A stretch of DNA of 64,000 bases from Macrostomum lignano (taxonomy: Eukaryota): assembly GCA_002269645.1 (NCBI GenBank), contig NIVC01001936.1, positions 156,776 through 220,775 on the forward strand, read 5' to 3'. The translations under genes were made by a program, and so were the position numbers. Within the stretch, counting starts at the first letter, position 1. Each line of letters starts with the position of its first letter. Below the pieces are notes generated by a model, which was given only the letters and a program-made list of their open reading frames with translations, had not been told where the DNA came from and ran no database searches. Positions 59,460-64,000 of this stretch are shown piece after piece.

Positions 59460-59801
59460 CTGAGTCAGGTAGGCCGATGATGAGGCGCCCCTGGGACAGC
59501 TGCTGCTGGCTATTTGGCCCTGCAGCCGATCCAGACTCTGACAGCTTCATCGGGCCAAGGGTTTTCGACTTGCCCCGATCAACTGTATCCTTGCCATTCA
59601 TGACAGCAATGGTAGGGTCGCAGTGGGCAAAACCTATGATCTTTGTATAGTTCTGGTTACTGGGCAGGTGCTGATTTATTAAATCATATAATCTTGCCTT
59701 GAGAAATGCTATTGCAGTGGCTTAATTTATTAGAACTAAGTTTAAATTAACCTGCAAAATAAGGCATCAATAATTTTTTAAGTATCCTAGGCATATAAGC
59801 A

Positions 59802-60165
59802 GGGGGCTGTAGCCCAGCGGTAGCGCAGCTGCTCTGGTGTGCCAGCGACCCAGGCTCGGTTCCAAGTGCAGTCACATTAATTTGGGGCTGAATTGGAATC
59901 TCGGCTTGGCTCTGCTCGTGCAATTAACGGCCTTGAGAGCCAACCCCCCAAGGCGCAGTGAAGTGTACATGCCTAACAATAATATAAAGTTAGGGCCGCT
60001 GTACACTCCTGTGTGAGTGTGTGCCTGAGTATGTATCCACGCGCTTGTATGCCTGCTCAGGGGAGTCGGCGGAATGGGCAGTAATGCCTCTCACCGGTTG
60101 TGTGCCTATGTCGCTTAAAGTGCGCCAGGGTGCACACAACCCCCCCTGCCTCTAATAAAAAAAAA
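59802..60165 (+). mobile_element. Full-length tRNA-derived SINE with A-tail and 13-bp TSD
   Basis: A/B boxes; A-run 60157-60165; TSD TAGGCATATAAGC at 59788-59800 and 60166-60178. Confidence 0.9.
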
Positions 60166-63100
60166 TAGGCATATAAGCTTAAGTTGATAAACCCCTTATA
60201 TATATCACTAGTGTTACCCCTGTTATTATTAATACAATCCTTAAAATAGTCAAAAACTCTTCAAGTATATTATACAAACTGCAGTTAAAACATATAAGTT
60301 AAAATGTGTCATTTCTTTGCAATAGACATTTAAGACAACTCCAATGCTTACATTTACAATCTATATTTAACCATTATTTTCTGGCATAAAGGCCACCTTC
60401 TAGACTATGATTTATAACTATGGATTCTAATCCTACTTGGAATTAGACTAGATCAATTTGTTTTTAGGTAAGACATTTAAATCTTTAATAAAATAGGTAT
60501 TAGCATTAGCTAGGCAATTAAAGCTATACATAATGACCTTCTAACAAAAGTTTTTGGACAAATCAGTGATATACAACCTTCAAAATGCATCAAAATAATT
60601 ATTGGTCATATATTAGGCCAAGTATCATAAAAAATATTAGTACAAGTACTAATTTAATAATATTATTACTAATTAAATTTTAAATGAATACAAGGGGCTT
60701 CAACACAAGGGGCTTTAGCACAATGGGCTTTTGCACCAGAGGCTTTAGCACTAGGGGCTATTTTTTGGCTATGCAAGGGATAAATAATAAATTAATATTT
60801 TTCTAGTTGATATTTAACATGGTATCCTAGGCTAGGCAAATTATAGGCCTAGTCTATTTTCTATCTTAGGCTTTTCTAGTTCCACCAGTGAATGAGCCGA
60901 GCCCAGCGCCGCCAAAGACGCCGTCAAGCAAGAGCGAGAGAGCCTGAGATCCCACTAGGGGCCGAGGGCAAGTGAATAATTTCTACCCATGGCAGCCAAA
61001 GGCCAACATGGGCTAGAAAGTATTTACAAGTAAATAAGTTAGATTGCAATGCATTTTGAAATTTCACATTTTTTTCGCCAAAAAAGAGCTCTTGTTTTGC
61101 AACCTGCACTAAATTGAGTTAAGTGAGGTGTTGATTGATAGAAAACTTTTAAATCTATTGAATGAATATACTTTTAAGTGCAGAGATTTTTATTCTAAGC
61201 TGTAAATTAACTAAAAAGACAATTTTTTTCAAAAGTGCTTCTAGGGGATTTCAAAATTCTAGTACACTTTATAAGATACAGCTTTGACATCTACAGATCA
61301 AAGTTGTCGAACTAAATTTCCTACAAAATGGTATATGGCACTTTAATTTATTTTGGCATCTTTATGCAGTTTTGTTTTTTGTGTAAAAATGACCCTCATT
61401 TTATTATTTTGCAACTTTTTCCTAGAAAGCTTTTTGAGTTTGGGATTCAAATTAGTGCAGTTGGATATGCAATGCAAAAATCTACAAGTGTCTAAAGTTT
61501 TGTTTTCCTACGATTCTGCAGTGCTAAGAAAATCAACAAAAATTGCTTTTTAAAAAAATCACACAACTTTTGCATTATTGCTCATTATAATTTTGAAAAC
61601 ATGGTGTACATAAACAAATTTTGATTTTCTATAGCATAGTTGCTGTACTATATTGGTTTAAATTGCCACTGTCTAATTTTGTTGCTTTCAGGTTTAAAAA
61701 TTGATCAGAAATCAATAATTTATGATTTTTGGCTAATTAGATGCCCAAAAAATAGATGATTAAAACTTTAAAAGAATGCTAGATCAAAGGCGGATGCTGC
61801 AGCAAGTTGTACTAATGTCTGGCTAAAATTGACCAAGTTTTTGAGTGGCTGCACCAAATGCTCATGTGTCAAAAATGATTGGAAATTGATCAAAGTAGTG
61901 ACTTTTTAATATTTTGCTTGAAATCAGGCAAAAATGCAATAGGACAGTATTATTTTTATGACAGCTAATTTCCCACAAAACGAGGCATATTTGTGTGCAA
62001 TTTCTAGAGATTTGGTTCATTGGGTAAAACATTATCAATAAAAAAACTGAAAACTTGATTTTTTTACTCTTATGTTAGTTCTGGGGCTATTTAAACTGGA
62101 AATGTTAGGAATTTGCACTGAAACCAATGCACAGTGTTCCATATAGTTAATTTAACATATTTCTTGAGTTTCATCACCATTTAATGTTCTTTTCAGGTAA
62201 AAAATGACTTTTTAGCACCAAAATTCATCAGATTAATCTGCATACCACTTTGCATTTGCTTGCGGTTGCAATTGTGATTGCTTTGGCATTGGGCCTTGCT
62301 AATCAAACAATGTAAAAGAGGCCTATAAATCAATTTTATAATAAAATATTCAACTTTAAAAGTAAAATCAGCTTTCTTTATAACCTATATCACTTTTTAT
62401 ATTAGTTTTAACTGTGGGGTAGGGGATAGGAGTTGTTGGTTATATTTGGTCCAATCATTTAAAATTGTCATTTATAGCCTTAATTTGTTACATATTTTTA
62501 TTCTGGCCTGCCACTTTAGCCCAGTCTTCCAATTAAGCCTGTACTAAAAAAAGTTTGCTAATTCTTGCACCTTGCACTAAGACATATAGACATTGCAAAG
62601 AGTACAAAGAGTATATAGAGTATGTATATATTAATAATTTAATAGCCCTAACTGCTGCCTAGGCATTGGCAATTCACACAACCAAACTGGTCTATCCATA
62701 AGTAAGCAAAGGACCAAAGGCAAAAGCAAAATGAATAACCAGTTATCTAAATGCCATACTTAGAAACATGGCAACTGTGTCTATAATACAAAAACTTATA
62801 TATAGAAATGGTGGGCATATATTTAATAATGCTAATTAGTTCTAACATGGCTAGGCTGCCATGTCTAGGCCTATAATATTTAAGCTTATAGTCATGGGTC
62901 ACATGGTGGCTATGGATATAGGCCATACAATATTAAATGTGGCTCATGCTAGAGACAGCGGCTATTTCAATGAAGTCTGTGCAGTAGTGGAATGGGTGTT
63001 TGCGCCTTCCCGCTATGTCCCCCAAGACAGCCCTACAGAAGTCTATACAGAGCCAGTAGCTATGTCATCATTATTATTGTGCTTACATAACAAACGTGCC

Positions 63101-64000
63101 TATAAGGATTACAGTCATTTTGGTAACAATCAAAAGTCATTTTAGTATAGGCCTAACAAGAAAAAATAGAAAAAAATGAAATATATCTATCATAAAAGCA
63201 ATTTGTCACCAAAACAACTATTTGTCACTGAAACGTCTGTTACAAAAACGACTTGCAACCAAAATGTATAGTACCCGCCTATAAGCTAAGCTATAAGCAT
63301 AACATTATAGACTCACTAAGACACAGGCCACGGCTGTCGTTTCTCATAATTACTCAGTTATTTAAAACTTAAAAGCTTGGAAAGAATTATTTACAAGTTT
63401 TACTAATAAAAAATCTACCTATTTTCTTCTCTTATAGTCTGCAGGGTCGATTTTATTTTGATAAGGCCTAATATTTCTGCTGCTGATTGACTGGTTACTG
63501 GTCAGATCGTCATATTCCATTTTGTCATATCGGATAACGAAGTGACCAGAAGCAAAGTAGCTTGAAAAATAATATGACAAAGTTACCAAATATCTAGTTA
63601 TGCTAGATACTTCTTCATTAACCAATTAATCTATGTGAGATTTGAGTTAGTGTAGGGCCTAAACCACAATATTTTGTTTTTATTAACTATAAAGCTGCAG
63701 CAAGCAGAACCGATTGGCAATCGATTGACAGGTTTTATCAATCGAGATGACAAAATGACGGCAATGGCTAGAGTTCCAGCACCAGAACCCATTTTCTAGG
63801 CCCTAATGGCTACGGATCCGGCAGTGTCATTATAGGCCCCTAATATAGATGGAACATTATATTTTTCTTTCTACAGGTGGCTGATATTGAGATTTTGTTC
63901 TAGATTAAAATTTAAGACGATATGATAAGATTTGGGATGAGATGCTTCTAATAGGCCTATTCAGACTTCTTAAGATATGTTTTTAGCAGTCTTTATATGC

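Noticed and set aside
59802-59875. tRNA gene (also 15789-15860)
   Set aside because: The tRNA-like head continues into a conserved body and A-tail with a TSD, and the B-box is imperfect, so it is a SINE.
60870-64000. Exons or genes in the terminal AT-rich region
   Set aside because: Only short ORFs and isolated splice-like sites, with no recognisable homology.

Overview
Eukaryotic (metazoan) genomic DNA with GC-rich coding exons, AT-rich intergenic DNA and many minisatellites. The style suggests an invertebrate such as a free-living flatworm, which is inference only. (1) 1-9256: a nearly intact Ty3/Gypsy LTR retrotransposon with a tRNA-His PBS, gag, a -1 frameshift signal, pol, PPT and TGTTG..CAACA LTRs. 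Between pol and the 3' LTR it carries an unusual third ORF, a DnaJ-like domain fused to a TatD-like barrel, both lacking their catalytic motifs. A truncated second copy shares the LTR. (2) 9.6-40.7 kb: a minus-strand cluster of seven F-box/LRR paralogs (four apparently intact, three pseudogenes) interleaved with paralog-specific minisatellites, a nested SINE>Tc1>hAT-MITE insertion, mariner remnants, and a Penelope-like fragment with a hammerhead ribozyme motif. (3) 41.7-47.5 kb: a CCC..GGG TIR element carrying a BEN-domain ORF. (4) 48-64 kb: LINE RNase H and Gypsy gag remnants, a secreted PAN + C-type lectin gene, a TMCC-family gene, and a second SINE copy with a 13-bp TSD. All family assignments come from motif recognition by eye; no database searches were run.
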